Part shown: piece after piece, positions 18,084-27,690 of the stretch
Layout of the letters: every line of letters begins with the position of its first letter
Position numbering within the stretch: the stretch's first letter is position 1
Source of the DNA: a virus
Taxonomy: Duplodnaviria > Caudoviricetes
Direction: 5' to 3' (one strand)
DNA length: 29,594 nucleotides
Virus record (IMG/VR): IMGVR_UViG_3300031991_000114
Span: 1 to 29,594 of that record
The notes under the pieces: generated by a model
Seen by the model: only the letters and a program-made list of their open reading frames with translations
What the model was told of the DNA's origin: nothing
The model's database searches: none
Program-made: the position numbers and the translations under genes

Positions 18084-20668
18084 GCTTCCTTCGCAAGCGG
18101 GGGCCGAAGCCGGCGGAGATCACGCAATATTCCGGGCTCCAGATCCAGACATCGTCGAGCGCGGTTCCGATTACGATCGCCTACGGCATCAACAAGCTTG
18201 CCGCCAACCTGATATGGTATGGATCATTTACCGCGATCCCGGAATATACGAAGACCGGGGGCAAAGGCGGTGGGCGAAAGACACTTTCTGGATTCAATTA
18301 TACCGCCGGTATCATGCTCGGCTTGTGCGAGGGCCCGATCAGGAGCGTCGGCGCGGTTTGGAAGGATCAGGGCGTTTACCAGCCGTGGGCGTTGAACCTG
18401 AACGTGAGCCACGGCGATGCGGCCACGCAAAACTTGGCGTACAATCAGGATGTTACCTACAAGGGGCTTGCATATGTCTGGTCTCCACTATATGACCTCG
18501 GAGCGAGCGCGACGATCGGGGCGCTGCAATTCGAGGTTTACGGCCAGCAATACGAGTCGGCTGTCGTCAACGCCCATGATGCAGATCCTGCGCGCGTGAT
18601 CTACGACTTCCTGACGAACCAGCAATACGGCGTCGGTTTTCCGGCCGGCTCGATCGATGCCTCGACGCTGCTCGGCGCGTCGGGCACGGCAACCTACCAA
18701 GCCTATTGCTGGGCCGTCGGAATCGGCATCTCGCCGGTACTCGCCAACAGGGAGACGGCAAGCTCGATCTTGACCCGATGGCTTCAGCTCACGAACAGCG
18801 CGGCTGTATGGTCGGAGGGAAAGCTGAAGTTCATTCCCTATGGCGACGAGCGGGTCGATAGCACGCTGTACGATGGCACGCCGGTCTCCTTCGTCCCCGA
18901 TGTCACTCCATTGTACGATCTGAGCGACGATGATTTCGTGGTCACGGGACCCGACGAGGACCCCGTGCTCGTGGAGGTCAAGGATCCCTACAGCTCGTTC
19001 AATGTGCAAGAGCTCGAGATCAGCGACAGGAAGTACCGCTACAATTCCGCGACGATCACGGTATGGGACCAGAACGCGATCGAGCGCTTTGGCCGACGTG
19101 ACGGATCGACGATCACCGCGCACGAGATCTGCGACAAGGCTATCGGGCAAATTGTCGCGCAGCTGATCCTTCAGCGCGAGGTCTATATCCGCAACATGTA
19201 CTCGTTCAAGCTGTCCTTCGAGTTCTGCTTGCTCGAGCCCATGGATATCGTGACGTTGACCGATACAGCACTCGGGCTCGACAAGGAAGCGGTTCGGATC
19301 GTCTCGATCGAGGAGGACGATGACGGCTTGTTGAACGTGACGGCGGAGGAGTTCCCCGAGGGGACCGCCACGGCCGCGGCATATCCAGTGCAGGCGAGCG
19401 AGGCGATCGTCGTCGATTGGAACGTCGTGCCGTCCGCGGTGAACCCGCCGGTGATCTTCGAGCCGCCGTCGAGCTTGACCAAGGGTGAGCGACAAATCTG
19501 GATTGGGGTATCGGGTGGCCTTGCGACAGCTTACAAGCTCGAGGAAGACGGATCCTCGGGATTTCACTATGTGGCGAAATCGCTCGCCGCCGAAGGAGTC
19601 GGAACTTTTGTCGAGTTCAAGGCGTATGTCAAGGCTGCGGAGCGAAGCAATGTCGCCTTGCAGATTTTCCTCGGCAATGACGGATCGGACAAGTGGGCAC
19701 TTGCCCTGTTCGATCTCGTCGCCGGGACCGGGCAGGTGGCGTTGCAGGGGATCGGGTATTCCATCGATTCCGAGGGCGACGGATGGTGGAAGATTTCGGT
19801 TTACGGCGCGATGGTCCAGGCTGTCGCGCCGAGCGCTTTTGTGCTCCTCGCGAACAGTTCTGGTTCGCAATTCTATGCCGGGACGGCCGGGAATGGGCTT
19901 TACGTATGGGGCGTCTCGGTCGGGGCCAGCCTCGACGCGGTGTCCATGATCGAAATGCCGATGATTCCGGTTGGGGCCATATTCGACGCGGACGCGCAGG
20001 ACCCGCCCGCGGGCGCGGAAGGCACGGCCGATCCGTATTGGGGCGGCTGCTTCATCCATGTCTCGACCGACGACGTAACCTATGGGCAAATCGGGCAGGT
20101 CAACGGCCCGTCCAGGCAAGGCGTGACATCGGCCGCTCTCGGGAGCGGGGATAGCCTTCTCTCGGTCAATCTCGGGATGAGCGGGGGCACGCTAGAACCT
20201 GCGTCGACGGTGGACGCGTCCAGCGGCGTCACACTGTCGCTGGTCGAGGACGAGCTTCTCGCCTATGGCGGCGCTGCGCTCACCGGGACAAATGCCTACA
20301 ACCTGTCCGGCCTGGTCCGGGGCATGTACGGAACGGCAGTCCCTGAATCGCACCCGAGCGGGTCGCGCTTCGCCAGGTTCGACAACTCGATCTTCAAGTA
20401 TGTGCTTCCGGCGGCCTATGTCGGTCAGGTGCTCTACTTGAAGTTTCAGAGCTTCAACATCTTCGGATTGGGCGTCCAGGATCTCGCGACCTGCTCGACC
20501 TATACCTACACGCCGACGGGCGTCGGGTCGAGATCGAGCATCTTGGAGCTGCTATCGCAGGGCTTCGACGTGCGGCTCCCGTCGATTAGCGCAACGGCGG
20601 TTCGTGAGCCGATGATCCCGATCAATCAGCTACCGTCAGACACAGTAAGACTCGAAGGGTTGCCATGA
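18080..20668 (+). CDS. Central tail tip/host-specificity protein (Phage-tail_3-like, 862 aa)
   Basis: VPITIAYG, GLCEGPI, DADPARVIYDFLTN, DQNAIERFG, LLEPMDIVTL, LSGLVRGMYGT, LKFQSFN motifs. Confidence 0.9.
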   Translation: MSFLRKRGPKPAEITQYSGLQIQTSSSAVPITIAYGINKLAANLIWYGSFTAIPEYTKTGGKGGGRKTLSGFNYTAGIMLGLCEGPIRSVGAVWKDQGVYQPWALNLNVSHGDAATQNLAYNQDVTYKGLAYVWSPLYDLGASATIGALQFEVYGQQYESAVVNAHDADPARVIYDFLTNQQYGVGFPAGSIDASTLLGASGTATYQAYCWAVGIGISPVLANRETASSILTRWLQLTNSAAVWSEGKLKFIPYGDERVDSTLYDGTPVSFVPDVTPLYDLSDDDFVVTGPDEDPVLVEVKDPYSSFNVQELEISDRKYRYNSATITVWDQNAIERFGRRDGSTITAHEICDKAIGQIVAQLILQREVYIRNMYSFKLSFEFCLLEPMDIVTLTDTALGLDKEAVRIVSIEEDDDGLLNVTAEEFPEGTATAAAYPVQASEAIVVDWNVVPSAVNPPVIFEPPSSLTKGERQIWIGVSGGLATAYKLEEDGSSGFHYVAKSLAAEGVGTFVEFKAYVKAAERSNVALQIFLGNDGSDKWALALFDLVAGTGQVALQGIGYSIDSEGDGWWKISVYGAMVQAVAPSAFVLLANSSGSQFYAGTAGNGLYVWGVSVGASLDAVSMIEMPMIPVGAIFDADAQDPPAGAEGTADPYWGGCFIHVSTDDVTYGQIGQVNGPSRQGVTSAALGSGDSLLSVNLGMSGGTLEPASTVDASSGVTLSLVEDELLAYGGAALTGTNAYNLSGLVRGMYGTAVPESHPSGSRFARFDNSIFKYVLPAAYVGQVLYLKFQSFNIFGLGVQDLATCSTYTYTPTGVGSRSSILELLSQGFDVRLPSISATAVREPMIPINQLPSDTVRLEGLP

Positions 20669-21585
20669 TCGACGTCAGTTCCACGCTGCTCCTTCGTCCA
20701 GGGACAACGGCACAGCATTCGTCATTCACCGGCGGGGTCGCCGAGGTCACGGTCGATACGGACAAGAAAACCGTCGTCGTGCATGACGGGGCCACGGCGG
20801 GGGGGAGCCCGCTGGCGACTGCGGCCGGGCCGAACGATAATATGTCGAGGCTCGGGGTGAATACAACGTCGGACGCGACGAACAAGCTCGCGGTGCGCAG
20901 CAATGCCGCGCTCTTGACGGCGCTCTATGCCGCCGAGGGCGGCAATGGCGATATGCAGGTCAAGGTCAATCGCGAGGCGACCGCCGACACAGGATCATTC
21001 CTATTCCAGAAGGCGTTCTCTGGACGCGCCGAAATCGGCAACATCGCGAGCGACGATTTCAGCTTCAAGGTGTCGCCGGACGGCTCGACCTTCTACGAGA
21101 GTATCAAGATCGTGGGGTCCTCCGGGCTCGTCGAGCTGCCGATCGGTAAGTTGAAGTTCCCAGCGACGCAAAACCCATCATCCGATGTCAATACGCTCGA
21201 CGACTATGAGGAAGGCACTTGGACGCCAGACCTACTCTTCGGTGGTGGCTCGACAGGACTGACCTATGCCTCGCGGTCGGGGACCTATACAAAGATCGGG
21301 AATCGGCTCTGGGGAAGCCTAGCCCTCGTACTCTCTGCGAAGGGGACATCGACCGGTGCGGTGACGATCGGCGGGCTGCCCTACACGCAGGCTTTTGGGA
21401 CCCAGGGCTCTGCGTCTTGTGCATACTACACTGGCATGGCGTCGGTCGGGGTCGGGATATTCGGCCGGATATTCGGGACGACCATTACGTTGACGGGATT
21501 CGGATCGACGGCAGCGGCAGCGGCTACGGACGCGAATTTCGCGAATTCGAGCGAGCTTCATATGACGTTCAATGGCTGGGTCTAG
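20665..21585 (+). CDS. Mosaic tail fibre (306 aa)
   Basis: Mtd_N-like N-terminus (GTTAQHSSFTG...VDTDKKTVVVHDG); middle like DUF2793-family fibres (LGVNTTSDATNKLAV...FSGRAEIG...DDFSFKVSPDG); C-terminal DDYEEGTWTP...YTKIGN tip. Confidence 0.85.
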   Translation: MIDVSSTLLLRPGTTAQHSSFTGGVAEVTVDTDKKTVVVHDGATAGGSPLATAAGPNDNMSRLGVNTTSDATNKLAVRSNAALLTALYAAEGGNGDMQVKVNREATADTGSFLFQKAFSGRAEIGNIASDDFSFKVSPDGSTFYESIKIVGSSGLVELPIGKLKFPATQNPSSDVNTLDDYEEGTWTPDLLFGGGSTGLTYASRSGTYTKIGNRLWGSLALVLSAKGTSTGAVTIGGLPYTQAFGTQGSASCAYYTGMASVGVGIFGRIFGTTITLTGFGSTAAAAATDANFANSSELHMTFNGWV

Positions 21586-21762
21586 CGAGCCGCGGCTCGG
21601 ACGAACCATGGCCTGCTCGGCGCTCCGAGCGGCGCCTTCGCTACGACCGTGATTCGCTTTACCGCGAACGGCGGGACGTTCACCGGCGGGACCGTGCGGG
21701 TCATGCCGGTCTACCAGACCGTTGTGCCGCCGTCGGCCTCGCTGTGCGACGCGGTCGGGTGA
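21586..21762 (+). pseudogene. Start-less remnant of a second tail-fibre tip, in frame after the fibre stop
   Basis: Translates RAAARTNHGLLGAPSGAFATTVIRFTANGGTFTGGTVRVMPVYQTVVPP..., resembling the C-terminus of DUF2793-family fibres. Confidence 0.6.
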
Positions 21763-21807
21763 ATTGCGGCCTTCCGCTCGTGGAGCTTTGTTGCAATGGG
21801 GACGCGA

Positions 21808-23460
21808 ATGAGAAAAATCGCCCATGTACTGATCGCGTGCGCCGCGGTGATCGGTTTCGCATTTCACGCTGTCGCGGCAGAGTCTGTAAACATGGTCCCG
21901 CCGGCGAGCGGAAAACGCAACTCGGTGACCTACAACGGCCGCACGTATTCCGCCACCCCCGGTATGGCGATCCCGGTTCCGGATTTCGACGCCCCGATCC
22001 TCGAGGCAAACGGCTGGTCGATCGCGACCTCGATCTCCACCTCGACAGTTCCGGCCGAATCCCCCTTCGCCCCGCTTCTGCGGGTCGCCCGAAAGCCCGC
22101 GCCGAACGGGCCGACACTCAACGCGCCTCTGATCGGGGCGCGGCCCTGGGCGGCGACAACGGCCTTTGCGACGGGCGCGGTAGTCTCGAAAGGCGGGCGT
22201 GCCTATATCGCAACGACGGGCGGCACGTCCGGCGCGACCTGGGCGAACACGCGTGGCATCGGGCAGACCGATGCCTCGGTCACCTGGGACTATATCGGCC
22301 CACAGACCGCGCCGCAGGTTGTCGGGATCGATGCCGCGACGCACGACGCGGCACTGACCAACATCCTGACCATGGAGTCGATCTCGACCCTGCCCGCCGG
22401 GCAAGGTCCGGTCCGCTGGCGCGGCGGACCCTTGACGGAGACAACGCTCGATGGCTACTGGGGTCCTACAAGCGTCAGCGTGCCGTCAGGCGGGGTTGTG
22501 ACGACGACGAGAAACCAGGCTGTCGGCGGGATGGAATTCATCTGCGAATGCACGAAGGTCGAGTTCGCGGTCAGGCAGGGCATACGGCAATACAATTTCA
22601 TTGTTGATGGCCGAAATATCGATATGGATGCGGTGACTTCAGGTGGCGCGAGCCCACACTATTTCACGCTGGATTTCACCAATACACAACCAGTGAACGA
22701 TAGCGGTGCAATTACGGGCCGTGGGCGTCGCCATATTTGGGTCGAGTTCTCGGTCAGCGCGACATTCTTGCAAATCGCGACCGAGCCGACAGGGACGTTC
22801 TCCTACCCGCCTTATGCAGAGGAATGGTCGCTCGCTCTTATCGCTGATAGTCAGGGCGCGGGCGTGATCGTGGCTGGCGGGAGCTTCACAAAGAACTCGA
22901 TGGCGTGGGGGCAACAGCTTGTCAAAATGCTCGACGTCCCGGATATCTGCAATTCGTCGATCGGCCAGACCGGGCTCGTAAATGCCGGCGCGTTCTGGAA
23001 CTACGGTGCACATGCGCTCACCGACCTTGCGCTGTGCCACGCAAATCGGCCGATCAAGTACATCGTCATACAGGGATCGACGAACGACATCGGGCAGTCG
23101 TTCAGCGCGGTCACGGCGAACGCGGTATCACTTGTATTGTCGCTGCGCGCGGCATATCCAACGGTGCCGATCTTCGTCACGGGGGTAATCGGGTCGTCGT
23201 TATACGATCAGCCCGCCCAAACAGACGTCGAGGTTGCCGTATTCGCGGGTCTCGCAGGCATGACTAACGTCTACACCATCCCGATCTCGACGGCCTCGCC
23301 AAAGTGGTTTATTGGTAAAGGTGAGGAGGGAACCCCAACCGGGGGAGGGAACACGGATTTGGATATTCTGGGCGACCAAATACATCTATCAGGACAAGGG
23401 GCGGCCTACATGGCGATGCGTGTCGCGCAGGCTATCCTCGCCATTGCTGGAGCGAACTAA
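21808..23460 (+). CDS. Signal-peptide-bearing modular SGNH/GDSL-like hydrolase (550 aa)
   Basis: Sec-type leader MRKIAHVLIACAAVIGFAFHAVAA; CBM5/12-like WAATTAF...VTWDYIG; SGNH blocks IADS, GQTG, QGSTND, DQIH. Confidence 0.82.
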   Translation: MRKIAHVLIACAAVIGFAFHAVAAESVNMVPPASGKRNSVTYNGRTYSATPGMAIPVPDFDAPILEANGWSIATSISTSTVPAESPFAPLLRVARKPAPNGPTLNAPLIGARPWAATTAFATGAVVSKGGRAYIATTGGTSGATWANTRGIGQTDASVTWDYIGPQTAPQVVGIDAATHDAALTNILTMESISTLPAGQGPVRWRGGPLTETTLDGYWGPTSVSVPSGGVVTTTRNQAVGGMEFICECTKVEFAVRQGIRQYNFIVDGRNIDMDAVTSGGASPHYFTLDFTNTQPVNDSGAITGRGRRHIWVEFSVSATFLQIATEPTGTFSYPPYAEEWSLALIADSQGAGVIVAGGSFTKNSMAWGQQLVKMLDVPDICNSSIGQTGLVNAGAFWNYGAHALTDLALCHANRPIKYIVIQGSTNDIGQSFSAVTANAVSLVLSLRAAYPTVPIFVTGVIGSSLYDQPAQTDVEVAVFAGLAGMTNVYTIPISTASPKWFIGKGEEGTPTGGGNTDLDILGDQIHLSGQGAAYMAMRVAQAILAIAGAN

Positions 23461-23768
23461 TGGCAAAAGCGCACTATCTTGCCGCAGCAATCGCTGCGGC
23501 AAGTGTGGGAAGTGCCCACGCCGAAGGCCCAGCGCTCGTGGGACAGGTCCCGAACAGCCAGATCGCGATTACGCCGAGCGATTCGACCGATATCGTGCCC
23601 CGCTGCAACGGCCTCTATGTCGGCTCCGGCGGCGATCTGCGCCTCTCCCTGTCTGGTGGCGGAACTGCCACATGGGTTGGGGTGCTAGCTGGAGCCCAGT
23701 ATTGGCTTCAGGTTACGAGAGTCCTGGCGACCGGCACCACGGCGTCGAACCTGATCTGCCTACGGTGA
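23460..23768 (+). CDS. Homolog of the RcGTA head-spike base protein (Rcc01079 family) with signal peptide (102 aa)
   Basis: AITPSD...LYVGSGGDL...VTRVLATGTTA family pattern; leader ends in SAHA; TAATG coupling to the upstream gene. Confidence 0.8.
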   Translation: MAKAHYLAAAIAAASVGSAHAEGPALVGQVPNSQIAITPSDSTDIVPRCNGLYVGSGGDLRLSLSGGGTATWVGVLAGAQYWLQVTRVLATGTTASNLICLR

Positions 23769-23775
23769 CTCGGCC

Positions 23776-26085
23776 ATGAAAAAAGCCCTTCTCGCAATCG
23801 TTGCTGTGAGCGGCACTCTCGCCGCTCTAGCGGTATGCGCGGCGAACGCCGGGATCATTCGATTCGGCTCGTCTCAGCGCGCTGCCGCGGGTGCGCCAAT
23901 CACCGCCGACTTCTTCGTCGCGACGAACGGGAGCGACTCGAACGCATGTACGACGACGGCCGCGCCGTGCCTTACTCCGGTAGGCGCGCGGAACAAGCTC
24001 CGCACCGCCATGGCGCTGCCAGGGGGCAAGGACCGGAGCTGGGCGGTCATGCTCCGCGGCGGGCGGTACGATCTCACGACGCGTCTCGTGCTCGATCAGG
24101 CCAATGACAGCGTGAACGATCCCCATGCGGTGACATGGCGGGAGTATCCCGGCGAGAGCGTCACGATCAGCGGCGGCTTTCCCGTCACGGGGTGGGTCGT
24201 CGGCGGGGACGGCCGCTGGCGCGTGACCCTCCCGGAAGTACAGGCGGGCACGCTATATTTCTCGGATATTTGGGTCAACGGAATCCATAGCTCGGTGCCG
24301 ATCCGTCCCAGGCTCAAGACGGAAGTGCCATTCACGATGGTCGCGATGGCTTCGAGCACGGGCGACCCGTGCACCGATGTCCCGGTCAATATCGTGAATG
24401 ATTTGTGGGGCGGCTGCAACGGCGCCGCGGGCGGCGGGTCTAATCGATTTACGTTCACCGGATCGCAGCTACTATCCACGTGGACAAACCTGACAGACAT
24501 CAGGATTAGATTTAACGACAACTTCTCCTATACGAGCCAATATCGCTTGTCCGGAGTTGACGGCGGAACGCATATCGCGACGATGCAGGCGCACAGCTTC
24601 ACCGGCATCTCCGGTGAGGCTCTACGCCGGGATTGGCGTAGGGAGAACGTTTTCGAGGACTTGACTGATGCTGGCGAGCACTACCTGAACCGCACTACTG
24701 GCGAGCTGACCTACATCCCGCGCCCCGGCGAGACACCGGCAAACAGCACAGTCATCGCGCCATACCTGCCTCGCCTGCTCTCGATCTCGAACAACGGCAA
24801 TGCCTCACGCGCGCAGAACATCACCTTCTCTGGGCTCACGTTCGCCTATACACTTGACCACTACGCGAGGGACGGTTGGGTTGGTGTAGGGCCTAACGCG
24901 GAATACCTCGACATGGGATCGATCTATGTCCAGGCCGCGCGGAATATCAAGTTCCTGAAAAGCACGCTCGAGCACATCGGGGGGACCGCAATTCGTATTG
25001 GTCGCGGCGCCCAGGCTGTCACCCTGGACGGGGTTCTAGCGCGCGACCTTGGCGGTGGGATGGTCACAACGACGCACGACAGCAGGTGCCCTATCGATCG
25101 AAGCGCGTACTGGCCCGCCTACGATACGGTCATGCAGTGCCCGACTGGCGCCCCTGACCAGGTTGCCTTCGACGAAGATGCCAATGGGCACATCATCAAG
25201 AACTTCATCGTCACGGACTACGGCAAGAAGCGGACGAGCGTGTCCGCCGTGCATGTCGGGCACGGCTCCAATAATCTCGTGTCGCATGGCGAGATTTATG
25301 GCGGCCCGTCGATGGCCGTGCACATCGGCGGGACCGATAGCTGCATTAATTTCGGGGAGAATATAAACAACACAACAGAGTATTTGTCCATCCACGATCA
25401 GGGGTATGGTGGAATCGCGTGGTCTTGGGACTATGCGGGGCTCTATCACGTAGGGCCGAACGAGGGGGGCCGCGTCCACCACAACTACATACGCAACATA
25501 AAGGGCTCGACCACGGCGCAGAGCACGGGGGCGCGCGGCCTATACGCCGACAACTGCGCGACGGGCATAACCTTCGACAACAACGTGGTCTATGACACGG
25601 GGGAGGCCAATTTCAACTTCAATTTCGGGTCAAAGCTTGTCCTGGAGAACAACATCTTTGTGCTGGGCGGAAACCAGCAAATTCGCGGCGGCAACATGTC
25701 GGGTGGAGCGCCGAGCGATCCGTCCTACACGTTCACCAAGAACGTGGTCTACAGCAACACGACGGATACCGCGATCTATTGCTCCCATGGCGTCTTGTTT
25801 TGCGCGACAAGCACGCCCGAGATTGTAGAGAACAACGGCGTCTACTATCGCACGCCTGGCACATTCACCATGGCGACGCGGGATCAGACCATCGCTGATT
25901 GGATTACGACGGGCTCGCCGCTCGGGCCGCAGAGCCAGAACACGAGCTGGAACGTCGATCCGCTCTTGATAGACCCGACGAACCCGCGACTCGGGTTGCA
26001 AGCCGGCTCGCCGGCCTTCGCCAAGGGATTCGTGCAGATCGACCTCTCTACGATCGGCCCGATCGGCGCGGTCGGGGCCCCGTAA
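23776..26085 (+). CDS. Signal-peptide-bearing right-handed beta-helix protein (GH141/pectin-lyase-like putative depolymerase, 769 aa)
   Basis: Leader MKKALLAIVAV...AANA; FFVATNGSD, VMLRGGRY, YPGESVTISGG, ENVFEDLTDAGEHY, GLYADN...ITFDNNVVY. Confidence 0.85.
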   Translation: MKKALLAIVAVSGTLAALAVCAANAGIIRFGSSQRAAAGAPITADFFVATNGSDSNACTTTAAPCLTPVGARNKLRTAMALPGGKDRSWAVMLRGGRYDLTTRLVLDQANDSVNDPHAVTWREYPGESVTISGGFPVTGWVVGGDGRWRVTLPEVQAGTLYFSDIWVNGIHSSVPIRPRLKTEVPFTMVAMASSTGDPCTDVPVNIVNDLWGGCNGAAGGGSNRFTFTGSQLLSTWTNLTDIRIRFNDNFSYTSQYRLSGVDGGTHIATMQAHSFTGISGEALRRDWRRENVFEDLTDAGEHYLNRTTGELTYIPRPGETPANSTVIAPYLPRLLSISNNGNASRAQNITFSGLTFAYTLDHYARDGWVGVGPNAEYLDMGSIYVQAARNIKFLKSTLEHIGGTAIRIGRGAQAVTLDGVLARDLGGGMVTTTHDSRCPIDRSAYWPAYDTVMQCPTGAPDQVAFDEDANGHIIKNFIVTDYGKKRTSVSAVHVGHGSNNLVSHGEIYGGPSMAVHIGGTDSCINFGENINNTTEYLSIHDQGYGGIAWSWDYAGLYHVGPNEGGRVHHNYIRNIKGSTTAQSTGARGLYADNCATGITFDNNVVYDTGEANFNFNFGSKLVLENNIFVLGGNQQIRGGNMSGGAPSDPSYTFTKNVVYSNTTDTAIYCSHGVLFCATSTPEIVENNGVYYRTPGTFTMATRDQTIADWITTGSPLGPQSQNTSWNVDPLLIDPTNPRLGLQAGSPAFAKGFVQIDLSTIGPIGAVGAP

Positions 26086-26658
26086 ACCCTGGCGCCGCCA
26101 TCACTCCACGACCTATCATGGCACCGGTGATGCTCCATCGTTTTCGATCTGGATGGATCGACATCGAGGCGTGAACGCAACTTAACGGGTTGCTCACGGT
26201 GCGGCTCACGCCTGCTTTTCTCGCCGGCACCGAAGCGTGCTTCTTCGTCGGCGATAGCTTTGGGACGCGGCCCGATGATCTCGTCGGCCGGTTCTCGCGA
26301 TGCGGAGTGTCGGCGAGAGGCGGCGCCTTCGAGGCGGCGATGATGTCGCGCGTCGCGTCCCTGCCGCTGCACTGGTTCGTGGCCTTGGCAGAATCGAACG
26401 ATCCGACCAACCCGACTCTGGCATTCGTCTTCCTGTGATGCGAGCAGGTGCGCGCACGGTCATGTTCGGCCGGATCGTGTGGGTGCTTCGTGGTGCGGGC
26501 GCAACCGTAAGCAGTGTCGAGAAGGAGCACGCCAATAGCGGTGTGGGAGTCGCCGCGACGGCGACTCCGGCGCATGGGAGGGGCTACCGGGCGCGCGCCA
26601 CGGGGTTCTCGGCGTGGTCGAGCCCGCGGCGGCCGGGCGATAATCGGCGGGGTGACCT

Positions 26659-27288
26659 ATGGAGTTTGTCGGCGAGGCACGGAAGTGCACTGACCTCGGA
26701 TACGAGGCGGCAGCGGCGCGGATCGGCTGCGAGATGGCGGTGTTGCGGGCCGTGGTTGCGATCGAGACGGGTGGTCGGGGGTTCGATGCCAAGGGGCGCC
26801 CGAAGGCGCTCTTCGAGCCCCATGTCTTCTTCCGCCTGTCGCGTGGCGCGAAGCGACAGGCTGCGATCAAGGCGGGACTCGCCTATCAAAAATGGGGGAC
26901 GCGACCCTACCCGAAGGATTCCTATGCGCGAATCGCGGCGGCCTGCGAGATCGACGAGGAGCGCGCGCTCCAGGCGACATCGTGGGGGCTCCCGCAGTTG
27001 CTCGGCCGGAATCACAGTGCGGCCGGCTACGAGACCGCCGTGGGCATGGTCGAGGCATTCCGGGAGAGCGAGGATATACAGCTTGCCGCGATGGCGCGGT
27101 TCATCGTTGCGAACAGGCTCGACGCCGCGCTCGAACGCAAGGACTGGGTGGCTTTTGCCAAAGGATACAATGGGCCGAGCTACGCGACGCACGGCTATCA
27201 CAGGAAGCTGGCCGAGGCGTACGAGCACTTTCGTGCGAAGCAGCCGCAGCCGGTGGCAGAATCGCTGACTCCAGAGGTCAAGAATTGA
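26659..27288 (+). CDS. Endolysin, N-acetylmuramidase DUF3380 family (209 aa)
   Basis: VVAIETGG, LFEPHVF, TSWGLPQLLGRNH, FAKGYNGP motifs. Confidence 0.92.
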   Translation: MEFVGEARKCTDLGYEAAAARIGCEMAVLRAVVAIETGGRGFDAKGRPKALFEPHVFFRLSRGAKRQAAIKAGLAYQKWGTRPYPKDSYARIAAACEIDEERALQATSWGLPQLLGRNHSAAGYETAVGMVEAFRESEDIQLAAMARFIVANRLDAALERKDWVAFAKGYNGPSYATHGYHRKLAEAYEHFRAKQPQPVAESLTPEVKN

Positions 27289-27306
27289 GATCAGGCGAAA
27301 CGCATC

Positions 27307-27501
27307 GTGAAGATGTCGAGACGGTCCGGGGCAGTGGCGTTATCCGCAGCGGTAGCCGCGCCGGTCGCCATGAGTGCGGCAGGCTCGGCTCGGTCCGGCT
27401 CAGCCATATCGACTGCTATCGTGATCGTCCTCGTGCTCGTCGTGTCTGTTGCCGCAATAGCCGCGTGGCGCGGTTTTCGTCGCGTCAAATCGTTCAAGTA
27501 G
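27307..27501 (+). CDS. Hydrophobic peptide in frame with the endolysin (split C-terminal anchor or small membrane protein)
   Basis: Hydrophobic stretch AIVIVLVLVVSVAAIAAW followed by a basic tail; same frame as the endolysin, open from 27289. Confidence 0.5.
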   Translation: MKMSRRSGAVALSAAVAAPVAMSAAGSARSGSAISTAIVIVLVLVVSVAAIAAWRGFRRVKSFK

Positions 27502-27510
27502 GAGTCGTCG

Positions 27511-27690
27511 ATGTCGCTCGTGTTCTCGAGCAGGGATTTGCTGTGGTTGGATTTTTCGCTTGCCGTGCTGCTCGGTTTCGGCTTCGGGACCTGCTTCCTG
27601 GAGCTCGTCGATTCCGCCTTGTTCTGGTTGGATCGGGTCGCGTTGCGGCACGCCGCGAAATGTATCGGAAAGCGGAGGATCGACCAATGA
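27511..27690 (+). CDS. Small membrane protein (59 aa, not in the ORF track)
   Basis: AGGAG RBS; MSLVFSSRDLLWLDFSLAVLLGFGFGTCFLELV...; ATGA overlap with the next gene. Confidence 0.6.
   Translation: MSLVFSSRDLLWLDFSLAVLLGFGFGTCFLELVDSALFWLDRVALRHAAKCIGKRRIDQ

Noticed and set aside
20665-21585. Diversity-generating retroelement suggested by the Mtd_N-like domain
   Set aside because: No reverse transcriptase and no TR/VR repeat pair seen; Mtd_N is a common fibre attachment module.
2305-22607. Many long overlapping or antisense ORFs (e.g. 2305-3702, 14030-15499, 18488-20119, 21219-22607)
   Set aside because: Arg/Pro-rich shadow frames of well-supported genes, expected at high GC.
26086-26658. 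Gene or CtrA site in the gap before the endolysin
   Set aside because: ORFs on both strands lack RBS and motif support; TTAA at ~26182 has no matching second half-site, though it sits in a weak GCAAC-N7-GTTGC dyad.
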